Positions 1 to 8,889 of a stretch of 64,000 nt of DNA are shown here, in pieces. Each line of letters starts with the position of its first letter. Position 1 is the first letter of the stretch. The notes under the pieces are model-generated. The model ran no database searches. It was not told the DNA's origin and saw nothing but the letters and a program-made list of their open reading frames with translations. Source of the stretch: a virus; IMG/VR virus record IMGVR_UViG_3300010885_026736, positions 5,087 through 69,086 of that record; one strand, written 5' to 3'. The position numbers and the translations under genes are program-made.

Positions 1-301
1 TAGAGTCCTGACCTGTTGCTGAAAATAAACGAGCATCTAATGAAGCGATATTGCCACTGACACCTTTTGTCAAAGGCTTTGCTAATATGACGAATGAATC
101 TATAAGAATAGCACCGACGCTGCTTTTCCAGCCTGAACCTGTTTTGTTAGAAGTGAAGGTTCCACCTATTGCTGCAGCTAGAGCAGGAAGAGCGATCTTT
201 CTATCTTCTTCCATGTAGACAACAAGTCTCGTGGATGAAGCACGTTTGATTTGATCGTATCCTGCTGCTTTGATTTTAGCTTCAACATCTTGTATAAGCA
301 T
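1..301 (-). CDS. hypothetical protein, N-terminal part (runs off the window)
   Basis: Manually read open frame from ATG 301 (MLIQDVEAKIKAAGYDQIK...) with GGGAG SD and a CTAAATA late-promoter-like box upstream. Confidence 0.6.
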   Translation of the reverse strand, partial: MLIQDVEAKIKAAGYDQIKRASSTRLVVYMEEDRKIALPALAAAIGGTFTSNKTGSGWKSSVGAILIDSFVILAKPLTKGVSGNIASLDARLFSATGQDS

Positions 302-333
302 AGAGAACTCCCATAGGTATTCTCTATTTAGGT

Positions 334-882
334 TTATTGAATCCAATCGGGTGGATTACGCTTAGTCCATGTATGCAAATGTTGCTTACCGTTTTTGTAA
401 TAGTTACGATAATTTGTAATGGAGTCATCTGAGATAATATATTCCTCACCCATTGCACAAGGCATCTTAGTCATGTCCCAGTCACGCAGGTTGTACGGAG
501 GTGACTGAATGTAATAAGCAATCTCAGATGACTTATGAACCTTACCATAACGATATTTGTATTCATCCATAAGACCATAGAAGTGATCGACTAGCCAATT
601 ATAGTTTTCAACTGCCTGCCGACACCAAATAGCACTTGGATGGTTGATGTGAGTTGCATTATAGATAATGTCATTACGACTATCACCCAGTACCCATACT
701 TTCTTTTTACGAAGCTTGCCAGTATCTGGATGCTTGATAGTGACCTCAACAGGTGCACCGTCAATAACACGATGAGCTGTTGAGAGTAGCTGTGCGCTTT
801 CTAGAATCATTTTCACCACATGCTTGTCAACAAGATCAATTGCTGCTTTTTGTGGGTCTCTATCTACAAAAAATATGTTCAC
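334..882 (-). CDS. denV: pyrimidine-dimer DNA glycosylase / endonuclease V family protein
   Basis: N-terminal MNIF..D..P...A..L.DKHVVKMILESAQLLSTAH and H.NHPS..W motifs of this phage family. Confidence 0.7.
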   Translation of the reverse strand: MNIFFVDRDPQKAAIDLVDKHVVKMILESAQLLSTAHRVIDGAPVEVTIKHPDTGKLRKKKVWVLGDSRNDIIYNATHINHPSAIWCRQAVENYNWLVDHFYGLMDEYKYRYGKVHKSSEIAYYIQSPPYNLRDWDMTKMPCAMGEEYIISDDSITNYRNYYKNGKQHLHTWTKRNPPDWIQ

Positions 883-895
883 AATTGTTTCCTTT

Positions 896-903
896 TATAA
901 ATA
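896..903 (+). promoter_or_regulatory. T4-type late promoter (gp55) TATAAATA for the HNH gene
   Basis: Exact TATAAATA 26 nt before ATG 929, with GAGGA SD. Confidence 0.7.
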
Positions 904-928
904 TACACGTAGTTAAAATGAGGATCAT

Positions 929-1621
929 ATGTTAGACATTATAATTCAAGATACAATTTTTGTAAACAACAAATACAAAAGATGGTACATCTCTATAATA
1001 GAAAATAGAGTTAATAATATGCCGCAAGAATATTTTGAAAGACATCATATAGTACCAAAATGCATTAGAAAAGACTTATCAAAGAATCCAAATAATATAA
1101 TAAAATTGACAGCGAAAGAACACTTTATATGTCATTTGTTGCTCACTAAATTTACAATCGGAAAATATAAATCAAAAATGTGTGCTGCACTTTTATCAAT
1201 GATAAGAGTCAATCCATATCAAAATAGAAAATTTACTTCAGGTTATTATGAATTAGTTAGAAAAACTTATAAAACTTCTGCTATAGGTAGAACGCATACT
1301 GAAGAGACAAAGAAAAAAATTTCAGAATCTAATAAAGGAAGAGTGTCTCCTAATAAAGGAAATAAGTATGGCGGTGCTAGAACACCAGAAGCTAAAAACA
1401 AAATCAGCGAAAAAAAGAAAGGTGTAGCGTTAACAGAAGAACATAAGAAAAAATTAAGCCAAATTAAAATAGGAAAAAAAAGAGGAAGTTATAAAAAACA
1501 TAAAGAATATAACAAAGAAACTTGCATCTACTGTAATATTACTACAATAAAAACTAATATTACAAGATTTCATAATGAAAAATGTCAAGATAGAAAATAT
1601 TCACTTAGTCCTCATATTTGA
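929..1621 (+). CDS. free-standing HNH homing endonuclease with NUMOD3 repeats and C-terminal Zn finger
   Basis: ERHHIVPK...N.I.LTAKEHFICH HNH core, HTEETKKKIS repeats, CIYC...HNEKC; AT-rich and on the opposite strand to its neighbours. Confidence 0.85.
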   Translation: MLDIIIQDTIFVNNKYKRWYISIIENRVNNMPQEYFERHHIVPKCIRKDLSKNPNNIIKLTAKEHFICHLLLTKFTIGKYKSKMCAALLSMIRVNPYQNRKFTSGYYELVRKTYKTSAIGRTHTEETKKKISESNKGRVSPNKGNKYGGARTPEAKNKISEKKKGVALTEEHKKKLSQIKIGKKRGSYKKHKEYNKETCIYCNITTIKTNITRFHNEKCQDRKYSLSPHI

Positions 1622-1892
1622 TTACGTTGATAAATTCTAGTTTCTGATCTTTTGTCCAAGACTTTAGATACGTATTGTCATTATCAAATATAGCAAGATA
1701 TTCTTCTTCTGTCAAGGGGCGTGATGAAATAATATCTTCACTGATAAACTTTTGTGAGAACTCACGCCAGTCATCATTATAGTCCCCTTCAGTATTCATC
1801 ACGACTTCATCTAGAGCATGTGACTCTTCTTGTGCTTCGACAACATAGCGATGCCTGAAGATGGCGACAGTTTCAACTAGGTACTTAGTCAT
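1605..1892 (-). CDS. conserved hypothetical T4-like phage protein
   Basis: MTKYLVETVAIFRHRYVVEA; GGAG SD. Confidence 0.6.
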   Translation of the reverse strand: MTKYLVETVAIFRHRYVVEAQEESHALDEVVMNTEGDYNDDWREFSQKFISEDIISSRPLTEEEYLAIFDNDNTYLKSWTKDQKLEFINVIKYED

Positions 1893-2316
1893 CTTTCTTC
1901 TCCACAGTAAATCCAGGACTGAACTCAGCCACAGGACGATCATCAAATGATGGGTTTTCTAAATGATAATTCTTCTTAGCTAGATGTTCTACATGAGCCT
2001 GAAAGTCTTCTTGTGAATAGATTGCATTGTGCAGCTCTAGAAAGCCACACTGCATACCTAGTGCATAAGCATTAGGCTGGAATCCAAACACATCATAGAG
2101 CACCCAACGGTATGTACCCTTGTCTCTAAGCTCACCCTTGACCAGGCGCTTGACAACTGAGTAGAACATTTTGAGCTGGGTGTCATAGTCAAGAGCATTC
2201 CATGCTTCATCATATTCTTTATCAACTTGTTCTTCCCATTCCATTTGAAGACGAGTAAGCTCTTGCCACTCACCACTGTCAAGCAGTTTTGTAATCTTGT
2301 TTTCTTTATCCGTCAT
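1885..2316 (-). CDS. hypothetical protein
   Basis: 143-aa ORF translationally coupled to its neighbours. Confidence 0.6.
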   Translation of the reverse strand: MTDKENKITKLLDSGEWQELTRLQMEWEEQVDKEYDEAWNALDYDTQLKMFYSVVKRLVKGELRDKGTYRWVLYDVFGFQPNAYALGMQCGFLELHNAIYSQEDFQAHVEHLAKKNYHLENPSFDDRPVAEFSPGFTVEKKDD

Positions 2317-2720
2317 AAGTATTCCACTCCTTCATTGTCCATGGTATAGCATACATGTTTAATATTAAAGTTAGCAATAGCTCTTTGACAACCTTTACAA
2401 GGCTTTGCTAAACCTTGAATGAAGTAGTGTTTACGGTCATTGACCCACTTCATACGACATACATATAGTTTCGCTTTGGCAACTGTTTCAGTATCATACT
2501 TACGCAACGCATTATAAATCGCATCCGTTTCAGCATGTAGAAATATAGCGTCCTCGTTAGATGCATACTTCTTCTGAAACGGATGCGATTTATTTTTATT
2601 TGTTCCTATAGAAAGAATTTCATTCTTAAGAACAAGAGCCGCTGAGATTCTAGCCTGCGCTACGGGCTCGGTCGATTCCGCTATCTTGGAAAGAATCATC
2701 ATCACTTGTATATCGTTCAT
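2313..2720 (-). CDS. cytidine/dCMP deaminase-fold zinc protein
   Basis: HAE and PCKGC zinc-binding motifs. Confidence 0.8.
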   Translation of the reverse strand: MNDIQVMMILSKIAESTEPVAQARISAALVLKNEILSIGTNKNKSHPFQKKYASNEDAIFLHAETDAIYNALRKYDTETVAKAKLYVCRMKWVNDRKHYFIQGLAKPCKGCQRAIANFNIKHVCYTMDNEGVEYL

Positions 2721-2943
2721 TACGCAGCACCCATCCCATCGTGGGATCATAGAAACTAATCTTGTCAGAATAATGTGGCCTAACCTTTACATATTCTGAT
2801 AGCTTATTGATAGAGTCAAATACGATTTCATATGATTTCATAGAAAGTTCCTTTTGATTACCCTATATGCATTATACACGAAGACTGAAATAAATGCAAT
2901 ATCTGATATTGCAAATATTTCTCTAGATGTTGTAGTAATAAAC

Positions 2944-3204
2944 TCAATCACCGATTTTACCATCAGTGCGGATGCTAAGACGACGGCTGATATCCTTCTT
3001 ATAATCTAGTGACTTTGCGCGAGCATCAACATAAAGATAACACATTACCCAGATCCAACAGAATGTAAGAGTAAATCCGATTGCTTCTGGCATCACATAA
3101 TGAGAAATGATATTAACAAGAACGCAAGCAGAAACGATTGCAGCTAGAACAAGCCAGGTGTAGAAAAATGCTTTGGCGATATTGTGAATTTTATCTGAAG
3201 TCAT
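2944..3204 (-). CDS. small membrane protein (2 TM)
   Basis: Two hydrophobic segments. Confidence 0.5.
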   Translation of the reverse strand: MTSDKIHNIAKAFFYTWLVLAAIVSACVLVNIISHYVMPEAIGFTLTFCWIWVMCYLYVDARAKSLDYKKDISRRLSIRTDGKIGD

Positions 3205-3434
3205 TTGAAAATTCCTTTCTTGGGTTTGATTGATTTAGCTTCTTCAAGTTCTTTCTTTAGACGAGCAACTTGTTCTTGAAGGTCATCACGCTGAGTAATG
3301 ATATCTTCAAGTACGCTCACAGTCATGAAAAGAGAGTTAACAAAGGTGTTGTTACGCTCTGTAGAAGAAACTCCACTAAGAACACTCTTAATGGAGGTGA
3401 TCATGATACGCTCTACGTTATTCACAGCTTCCAC
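3201..3434 (-). CDS. hypothetical coiled-coil protein
   Basis: ORF in a tightly packed operon. Confidence 0.45.
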   Translation of the reverse strand: MEAVNNVERIMITSIKSVLSGVSSTERNNTFVNSLFMTVSVLEDIITQRDDLQEQVARLKKELEEAKSIKPKKGIFK

Positions 3435-3712
3435 CCTTCCTTATTGAGAAAGGCAGACATGGACTTATATTCTTCTTTGTACATTATAAGATCTTTTGCA
3501 AGCTCTGTTTTAGCTTCTTCTAAAGCAGCAATAGCCATTTTTTGTGTTTTGATAAGCTCTATAGCTTGACGTTGATTGATTGCTGCTTTTCTAAGCATGC
3601 CAGACAATTCATAAAGTCCGCTGTCACCTGTGAAGTCTTCCAAAATGGAAACATCAGACATATCGTTAAGTAGCAGAGAAGACCGTTCAAGTGCTTCAAG
3701 AAGCGATTTCAT
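3422..3712 (-). CDS. hypothetical protein
   Basis: ORF with GGAG SD. Confidence 0.5.
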   Translation of the reverse strand: MKSLLEALERSSLLLNDMSDVSILEDFTGDSGLYELSGMLRKAAINQRQAIELIKTQKMAIAALEEAKTELAKDLIMYKEEYKSMSAFLNKEGWKL

Positions 3713-3714
3713 AA

Positions 3715-4122
3715 TTATTCTCCCAGGAATTGCTTGATGGAACCAAAGGGAAGACCCCAGTTGTACTCGACTTCTTCGTAACCGTAGAAGCTAACACCCT
3801 CCTCCCAACCATCGGCTTGGATGAGGATACGAACAGCATCCTTCTTGGATGCATTGACCACCAGTGCCTGCATGTCGGCAACCCGCTTCTCAAAGCGGGC
3901 AACAGCTTCCTTCTGAGCTGCACGCTCCTCAGAAATCTCCCGGTCGATAGTACGCTGGAGGTAGTCGATCTGGCTATCAAAAGCCTCGACCGAACCAAAG
4001 AGGATAGGACTCTGGGGGCGAACGCCAGTGGCGTCCTTGTACATGTCAGAGTAGACCAGGCAGGCGTCGGCGCGCTCGGCCGAAGTAGCAGCGATCTGGG
4101 CGAGGGTCATGAAAGCAGTCAT
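3715..4122 (-). CDS. early hypothetical protein
   Basis: Follows an early promoter cassette; YSDMYKDATGVRP motif recurrent in T4-like early proteins; GC-richer codons. Confidence 0.7.
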   Translation of the reverse strand: MTAFMTLAQIAATSAERADACLVYSDMYKDATGVRPQSPILFGSVEAFDSQIDYLQRTIDREISEERAAQKEAVARFEKRVADMQALVVNASKKDAVRILIQADGWEEGVSFYGYEEVEYNWGLPFGSIKQFLGE

Positions 4123-4181
4123 TTGGGTTTCCTTCTTCGTTTCCATAATTAATAATAGCACAACTGGAATTAATTGCAACC
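4120..4181 (-). promoter_or_regulatory. early promoter/RBS cassette, copy 1
   Basis: TTGCAA-TTAATTCCA..-TGCTATTAT-TAATT-ATGGAAACGAAGAAGGAAACCCAAATG. Confidence 0.8.
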
Positions 4182-4185
4182 ATTT

Positions 4186-4398
4186 TTAAAAATTAATTCG
4201 TGGTTCTCCCAAGGTGTAATACGGCTCATAGTCCTCATCGTCATAGACCTCCCACTCAGCGGCATGCTGGTCTACATACTTCTTATGTTCAATAAGTTCA
4301 GACTCAGTCATATAGTCATATGACCATACTTCAGTTCCATCAGGGTATGCATACTTGAAGCCATTGTTCTCAATGCTCATGATAGCAATCTGGGTCAT
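4186..4398 (-). CDS. early hypothetical protein
   Basis: Follows cassette copy 2. Confidence 0.6.
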   Translation of the reverse strand: MTQIAIMSIENNGFKYAYPDGTEVWSYDYMTESELIEHKKYVDQHAAEWEVYDDEDYEPYYTLGEPRINF

Positions 4399-4457
4399 CG
4401 GTGTGTCCTGTCTCGTTTCCATAATTCATAATAGCATATATGGAATTAAACACAACC
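4396..4457 (-). promoter_or_regulatory. early promoter/RBS cassette, copy 2
   Basis: TTGTGT-TTAATTCCATATA-TGCTATTAT-GAATT-ATGGAAACGAGACAGGACACACCGATG. Confidence 0.8.
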
Positions 4458-4472
4458 GTTTTTTTAAGAAAA

Positions 4473-4661
4473 TTAAATTTCTACTCTCTTATAATAGAGA
4501 TGTAAAGGCCCCTTAGGCCCAAAGATGCACTTAGATATCTTAATGGCTTCTTCATAGTTTTCTGTGTGAAGCTTTAGCATGTGGATCTTTTCCGTACCTG
4601 GCGGAAAATGATAAGCGATCATATACTGATTCTTATACTTCTTGTCTGTTGATTTTTCCAT
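4473..4661 (-). CDS. hypothetical protein
   Basis: 62-aa ORF. Confidence 0.4.
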   Translation of the reverse strand: MEKSTDKKYKNQYMIAYHFPPGTEKIHMLKLHTENYEEAIKISKCIFGPKGPLHLYYKRVEI

Positions 4662-5337
4662 GTGTTAATCCATGATAGTCATAAAAAGTATTGATAACAG
4701 ATATCGCTTTGTCTATCCAGTCATCTCGTTTCTCAACAAAGACCTGAGGATAATCATTGTCTATAGCTATAATTATAACAATCTGTGGAACAGGAATACC
4801 TGTAAGCTCTTCAAACATCACAGCGTAGCAGGCACACTGCATGAAGTAATCTTCAATCCATTCACGCTTCTTAGGCTTGTTGGATGTCTTATAGTCAATG
4901 ATTGATCGTTTACCCTTGAACCGTGCAACTAAGTCAACAGTACCTGCAATACCTAGATGCTGTGAATACAAAGGAGTTTCAATTCCATGAACGTCATCAA
5001 TAGTCTCATCTAGGATGTCTACAATAGATGAGAATAGATCTAAGGTGCCTATGTCAAGGTTCTTGAAGTCAATAGGCTTATTACCCACATAGTCCTCGCA
5101 GACAGCATGGAGCTTAGTGCCTCTTGTAGAAGCCTTCTTTGAGATACGATTAGCTTCTTCTTCACCAACCTTTTCACGCCATGCCTTGAGAGAGTCCTTC
5201 TTGAAGAACCCTAAGACAGTGGTTACTGAGGGGACACGTTTCCCATCTGGTAGGACATAGAAACGTCCCCCCTCAGTATCTTCCCTATTAAGAGAATGCA
5301 GGTGTTTGAGGTTGTGGATAAACTGCTTTTGTATCAC
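4633..5337 (-). CDS. PD-(D/E)XK (Cas4/RecB-like) exonuclease
   Basis: PSVTTVL, RGT.LH, AGTVD, IIDYKTS and Q..CYA motifs; adjacent to phoH as in other T4-like phages. Confidence 0.85.
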   Translation of the reverse strand: MIQKQFIHNLKHLHSLNREDTEGGRFYVLPDGKRVPSVTTVLGFFKKDSLKAWREKVGEEEANRISKKASTRGTKLHAVCEDYVGNKPIDFKNLDIGTLDLFSSIVDILDETIDDVHGIETPLYSQHLGIAGTVDLVARFKGKRSIIDYKTSNKPKKREWIEDYFMQCACYAVMFEELTGIPVPQIVIIIAIDNDYPQVFVEKRDDWIDKAISVINTFYDYHGLTHGKINRQEV

Positions 5338-6085
5338 GATTAAAATATCCCCAAGAGTCTAGTTCAGCCAATACGAACTCACGGACGAAACCAGAACGAA
5401 CAATGTCTTCCACTAAGAACTCTACAGTGGCAACGGATGGAATCTTATTTAGAATCTTCATCATCTTCTTTAGACCAGACTCTTCATTGTAGCGTTCGCT
5501 AGTTAAATCATCTTGGTTTAGGTCACCGCACATAATGAGTCTTGAATCTTGTCCGACACGTGTTAGGACTGTCTTTTGTTCTTGGAAAGAAAGATTCTGA
5601 ATCTCATCTAGAATGATGACTGCGTTATCAATAGTTGTACCACGAAGGAATGAAGTAGATTCAAACTCAATGATACCTTTTTGTTTTAGAATAGAATAAG
5701 CGTCTCCACGATTGAAGAGCTTAGTGCAGATTGAAATGTAGGGTGCCTCAAATACTTCCATCTTTTGCTTAGCAGTGCCAGGTAAGAAACCAATACCCTT
5801 TGATGCTTGAGCGCTTCTAATAATGAATACCTTCTCATATGGCGAATTGCGAGAAAACACATCTTCAAGAGCTAAGAATAAACTAATAAAGCTTTTACCA
5901 CTACCGGGTACACCATGCAATAGTAAATTTTTATTATTATCATATAATTCAAATGCTAATCTTTGATTATCTGTTTTAGGTGATATATCAACTAATTTGA
6001 AATTATTTTGATGTTGTTCTTCCTGTCTATTGTCTTGTTGCTTGTTAAGTCTACGCTCTCTTCTAGAAGGTCTATTAGTAGCCAT
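5288..6085 (-). CDS. phoH: PhoH-family ATPase
   Basis: GVPGSGKS Walker A, IGFLPG, FLRGTT, ILDEIQN, TRVG, GD..Q.D, DIVRSG. Confidence 0.95.
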   Translation of the reverse strand: MATNRPSRRERRLNKQQDNRQEEQHQNNFKLVDISPKTDNQRLAFELYDNNKNLLLHGVPGSGKSFISLFLALEDVFSRNSPYEKVFIIRSAQASKGIGFLPGTAKQKMEVFEAPYISICTKLFNRGDAYSILKQKGIIEFESTSFLRGTTIDNAVIILDEIQNLSFQEQKTVLTRVGQDSRLIMCGDLNQDDLTSERYNEESGLKKMMKILNKIPSVATVEFLVEDIVRSGFVREFVLAELDSWGYFNRDTKAVYPQPQTPAFS

Positions 6086-6132
6086 GGGGTTCCTTTTTAA
6101 GGTTTGAGTTGTAGTCTCACCCACACATTTTA

Positions 6133-6444
6133 TTATACCATTGACCCTCCAAGCTTATTACGAGCTCGTTTCATTGCTTCTCGGGTCTTTGTTGCTTTGA
6201 TACCTTTGTCGCCGTATGTATCTGCTAGGGGCGTAGTTGGGTTTGCTTGTGCAATCCTAGAGAACATTTCTTTCATACCAGAGTCTGTCTTAACTCTGTC
6301 ACCTGTGCCACCAATAATTGTAATAGCGACGGGCACACGCTTAATGTGAGGATTTTCTTCTAACATAGTCTCTGCAGCGGAGATGCTTAAAAACTCATCC
6401 CACTCTTCACCAGTCGTAGTATCTTTAAAAGTATATGTTGGCAT
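6133..6444 (-). CDS. conserved T4-like hypothetical protein (MPTY.F family)
   Basis: MPTYTFKDTTTGEEWDEFLSI N-terminus, typical upstream of phoH. Confidence 0.7.
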   Translation of the reverse strand: MPTYTFKDTTTGEEWDEFLSISAAETMLEENPHIKRVPVAITIIGGTGDRVKTDSGMKEMFSRIAQANPTTPLADTYGDKGIKATKTREAMKRARNKLGGSMV

Positions 6445-6445
6445 C

Positions 6446-7042
6446 TTAACTCTCAATCTTGTTTCCAGGCGTACCAAGGCTGATCTTAGTATGCCATTCG
6501 TCACCTATCTTACGTCTATAAAAATGATCTTTTAGCTCTGGGTGAGCTACTAGCTCTGGATCATCATGTGGAACATTTGTGTCAATCTCATCATCGGGCA
6601 TCAGACGCTTGACTTCATCATGATGTAGAGCCATTTTTTGTAAATGATTTTCAGGAAGTTGTTTCTTTAAGAACGATAAAGCTTTACCAGACTTTTCACC
6701 ATATGAACGGCCACGCATAATATCATCATGCATAATAGTAGCTAGATGCTTCTTACCTTCAGGTGTGCCGTCTGTAGCACATGCAACTGACTTACGGCCA
6801 CCTTTGTCTTTATAGAAGACAGCAGCTTTAACCTTGCCGCCCTTCTTCTTAATTTTCCAGAAAGGGATATTTTTGGCCATGTCATCAGGATTTTTGAATC
6901 CAGATCCATGAATGCCGCCGATAGGCTCATAGGCCTTTTGAACCATATCAAACACTTCTTGCTTATGCTTTTCCTTATCGGGATGGTTTCCGATAAGATT
7001 ATGGAAATGCTCTTGTAGCAAGAATTTTGTAAATGTAAGCAT
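6446..7042 (-). CDS. late hypothetical protein, candidate internal head protein
   Basis: Late promoter at 7061-7068; N-terminus MLTFTKFLLQE resembles the T4 capsid-targeting sequence. Confidence 0.65.
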   Translation of the reverse strand: MLTFTKFLLQEHFHNLIGNHPDKEKHKQEVFDMVQKAYEPIGGIHGSGFKNPDDMAKNIPFWKIKKKGGKVKAAVFYKDKGGRKSVACATDGTPEGKKHLATIMHDDIMRGRSYGEKSGKALSFLKKQLPENHLQKMALHHDEVKRLMPDDEIDTNVPHDDPELVAHPELKDHFYRRKIGDEWHTKISLGTPGNKIES

Positions 7043-7060
7043 ACTCTACCTCCGTTGACT

Positions 7061-7068
7061 TATTTATA
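7061..7068 (-). promoter_or_regulatory. late promoter TATAAATA
   Basis: Exact motif upstream of a GGAGG SD. Confidence 0.75.
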
Positions 7069-7070
7069 AT

Positions 7071-7634
7071 TCAACCCACCTGGTAGAGCAGTTGTTTGAT
7101 CGCTTCAACCATTTCAGGATAGTTCTCAAACCGATGGCTACCACCTTCAAGAACTTTAAGATGAGCATGATAATATTTATCTAGCTGAAGTTGTGCTTCT
7201 ACATCTTTATGAGAAATGACTTCATCACCTTTTTCACAAAGGACGATTCTAGGAATGCCATCATTCAGTTTTAGCTTAGTGCTAGAATAAGCTATGCAAT
7301 CTTGCAGAGACCACTTTCTGCCATCAACAACTTGACCAATATATTTCTGTAAGGTGGTAGTAGGATCAAGTGCAGGATTGAGAAGCAACGCACTACATCT
7401 AAAATGAGAGGAGAACAATGCTGCCCAAAACGCACCAAGGCTGGTCCCAACGAAGATAAGTTCCTCGTCAGGATCAACCTTGCCGATTTCATGATACAGT
7501 TTCCGATAAGCCTCATCTGCTCTTGCAGGAGTGTAAGGCACGATTACGTCACCAGGAAAGGCCTTTTCTAAAGCGTCAACCTTAGGCGAGGGACCTCCGC
7601 CAGCGAACCCATTGATGTAGATAATTTTCGTCAT
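7071..7634 (-). CDS. YqiA/YcfP-like alpha/beta hydrolase (esterase)
   Basis: YINGF, GTSLG nucleophile elbow, LLNPA, GDEV, GGSHRF. Confidence 0.85.
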   Translation of the reverse strand: MTKIIYINGFAGGGPSPKVDALEKAFPGDVIVPYTPARADEAYRKLYHEIGKVDPDEELIFVGTSLGAFWAALFSSHFRCSALLLNPALDPTTTLQKYIGQVVDGRKWSLQDCIAYSSTKLKLNDGIPRIVLCEKGDEVISHKDVEAQLQLDKYYHAHLKVLEGGSHRFENYPEMVEAIKQLLYQVG

Positions 7635-7670
7635 AACTTATAATAGCATGTCTGAGTTAAATGTCAACCA
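7632..7670 (-). promoter_or_regulatory. sigma70-type early promoter giving a probable leaderless mRNA
   Basis: TTGACA-17-TATTAT (TGCTATTAT) with ATG 5 nt downstream and no SD. Confidence 0.65.
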
Positions 7671-8033
7671 TCAATCCGCTTGACGAGTGATAAAGGTCTT
7701 GCGGATCTTCTTAGGAGCAAAGAACTCATCTACAGTCTGGACAGCCGTGTCAATATCAAACTCCTTGCAGGAGAAGATATCAATGTAGCCCTCGCCTGTG
7801 TGGTCATTGAAATGTGCCAGAATGTTTGAGGTCTCAATGAACTGCAGAACAGTCCAGCCTTCTAGATGTACTTCATTGTGTCCGAAGTGCAGCAGCTGGG
7901 GTTCACCGTAGGGAACCATGTCAATGCGCTTGACTAGTGTCTTAACCCAGAGCTCCAAGATGCCCTTGTCTGTGATGGTATTCTTGTCGCAGCCACTGCA
8001 ATCAAGAAGTAAATGGTATCCCCAGTAACTCAT
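7671..8033 (-). CDS. speD: S-adenosylmethionine decarboxylase proenzyme-like
   Basis: WGYHLLLD, IETSNI cleavage-site region, YIDIFSCKEFD. Confidence 0.8.
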   Translation of the reverse strand: MSYWGYHLLLDCSGCDKNTITDKGILELWVKTLVKRIDMVPYGEPQLLHFGHNEVHLEGWTVLQFIETSNILAHFNDHTGEGYIDIFSCKEFDIDTAVQTVDEFFAPKKIRKTFITRQAD

Positions 8034-8209
8034 TAGTCTTCATCCCATTCTTCTAATTCAATGAGCTCATTGATGTTTCTTGTTTTAAGCGCTCGTTCAA
8101 TACGATGCTCTTTCTTACGGCTTCTATATTCTTCATAAGATAATGCGGAATCAAATCCATCTTCATAATAATCATCGTAATGCTTATTTGTCTTTCTGCT
8201 CTTGCTCAT
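8033..8209 (-). CDS. small charged hypothetical protein (58 aa)
   Basis: Manually read MSKSRKTNKHYDDYY...EWDED, coupled to speD by TAATG. Confidence 0.6.
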   Translation of the reverse strand: MSKSRKTNKHYDDYYEDGFDSALSYEEYRSRKKEHRIERALKTRNINELIELEEWDED

Positions 8210-8227
8210 TGACTTAGCTAGTTCCTG

Positions 8228-8746
8228 TTATGCTGTTTTTTGCTTAGGAGGGCGACCACGCCCACGACGAATTGGCTGATCGTCTGGCGTATCATCTTCT
8301 TGGGTGGCTGGCTTGGCTTGAAATGTACCTTCTGGTAGCAAGCCTGGGAAGACTTCTCTTACCATGTCCTCTGTAACGTTGGCATAGGGTAGAGTCTTTT
8401 CCTTAACCGAAAGAAGAAGCTTTGCATCATCTGGATCAAGTGATTCCAGTGTATTGATGAATAGCTTTTCCTTTTGTAACTGTGTAACATTAGGATTGCC
8501 ATCACCCACAAATAGATACATCTTACGGAGTGATTGATATAGCATCGCTTGCTGATCACCATACTGGCATGGCTTGTAGGGTGGAGCACCTTCTGGTAGA
8601 TTCCATACAATAGATGGGTCAAATGCTAGTCTAAAGATTGCTAGTACACCTTGATTTGTTGCACAAGTTGCTAGCATTCGCTTACGATTATCTAGATCAG
8701 GTTCACTTGAGATCTTACTTAGGATCTCAGAAATACCTAGTTGCAT
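8228..8746 (-). CDS. conserved T4-like hypothetical protein (neighbour of RNase H)
   Basis: FDPSIVWNLPEG.PPY and KEKLFI..LESL...DAKLL..KEK.L motifs. Confidence 0.75.
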   Translation of the reverse strand: MQLGISEILSKISSEPDLDNRKRMLATCATNQGVLAIFRLAFDPSIVWNLPEGAPPYKPCQYGDQQAMLYQSLRKMYLFVGDGNPNVTQLQKEKLFINTLESLDPDDAKLLLSVKEKTLPYANVTEDMVREVFPGLLPEGTFQAKPATQEDDTPDDQPIRRGRGRPPKQKTA

Positions 8747-8889
8747 ATTGTTCTCCAATGTCTTTTAAAAAATATTTTTCTGATTCTTTTGCAAACTGAA
8801 TCCATTTGCGTTGCTTTTCACTTTCAATACTATAAAAGTTTGTTTGCGGATACATCATGTGCCATAGAGAAGCCGCTTGTTGTTGATGT

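Noticed and set aside
3730-4152. 140-aa + strand ORF (also 18114-18653, 45437-45712 and other antisense ORFs)
   Set aside because: Shadow frames of codon-biased real genes, with no SD or motifs
4160-4181. CtrA box in the early promoter spacer
   Set aside because: Only one TTAA half-site is present; there is no TTAA-N7-TTAA spacing
4120-4457. Repeated ~60-bp units as a CRISPR array
   Set aside because: They are dispersed, separated by whole genes and contain -35/-10/SD elements; no cas operon is present (4633-5337 is the usual phage exonuclease)
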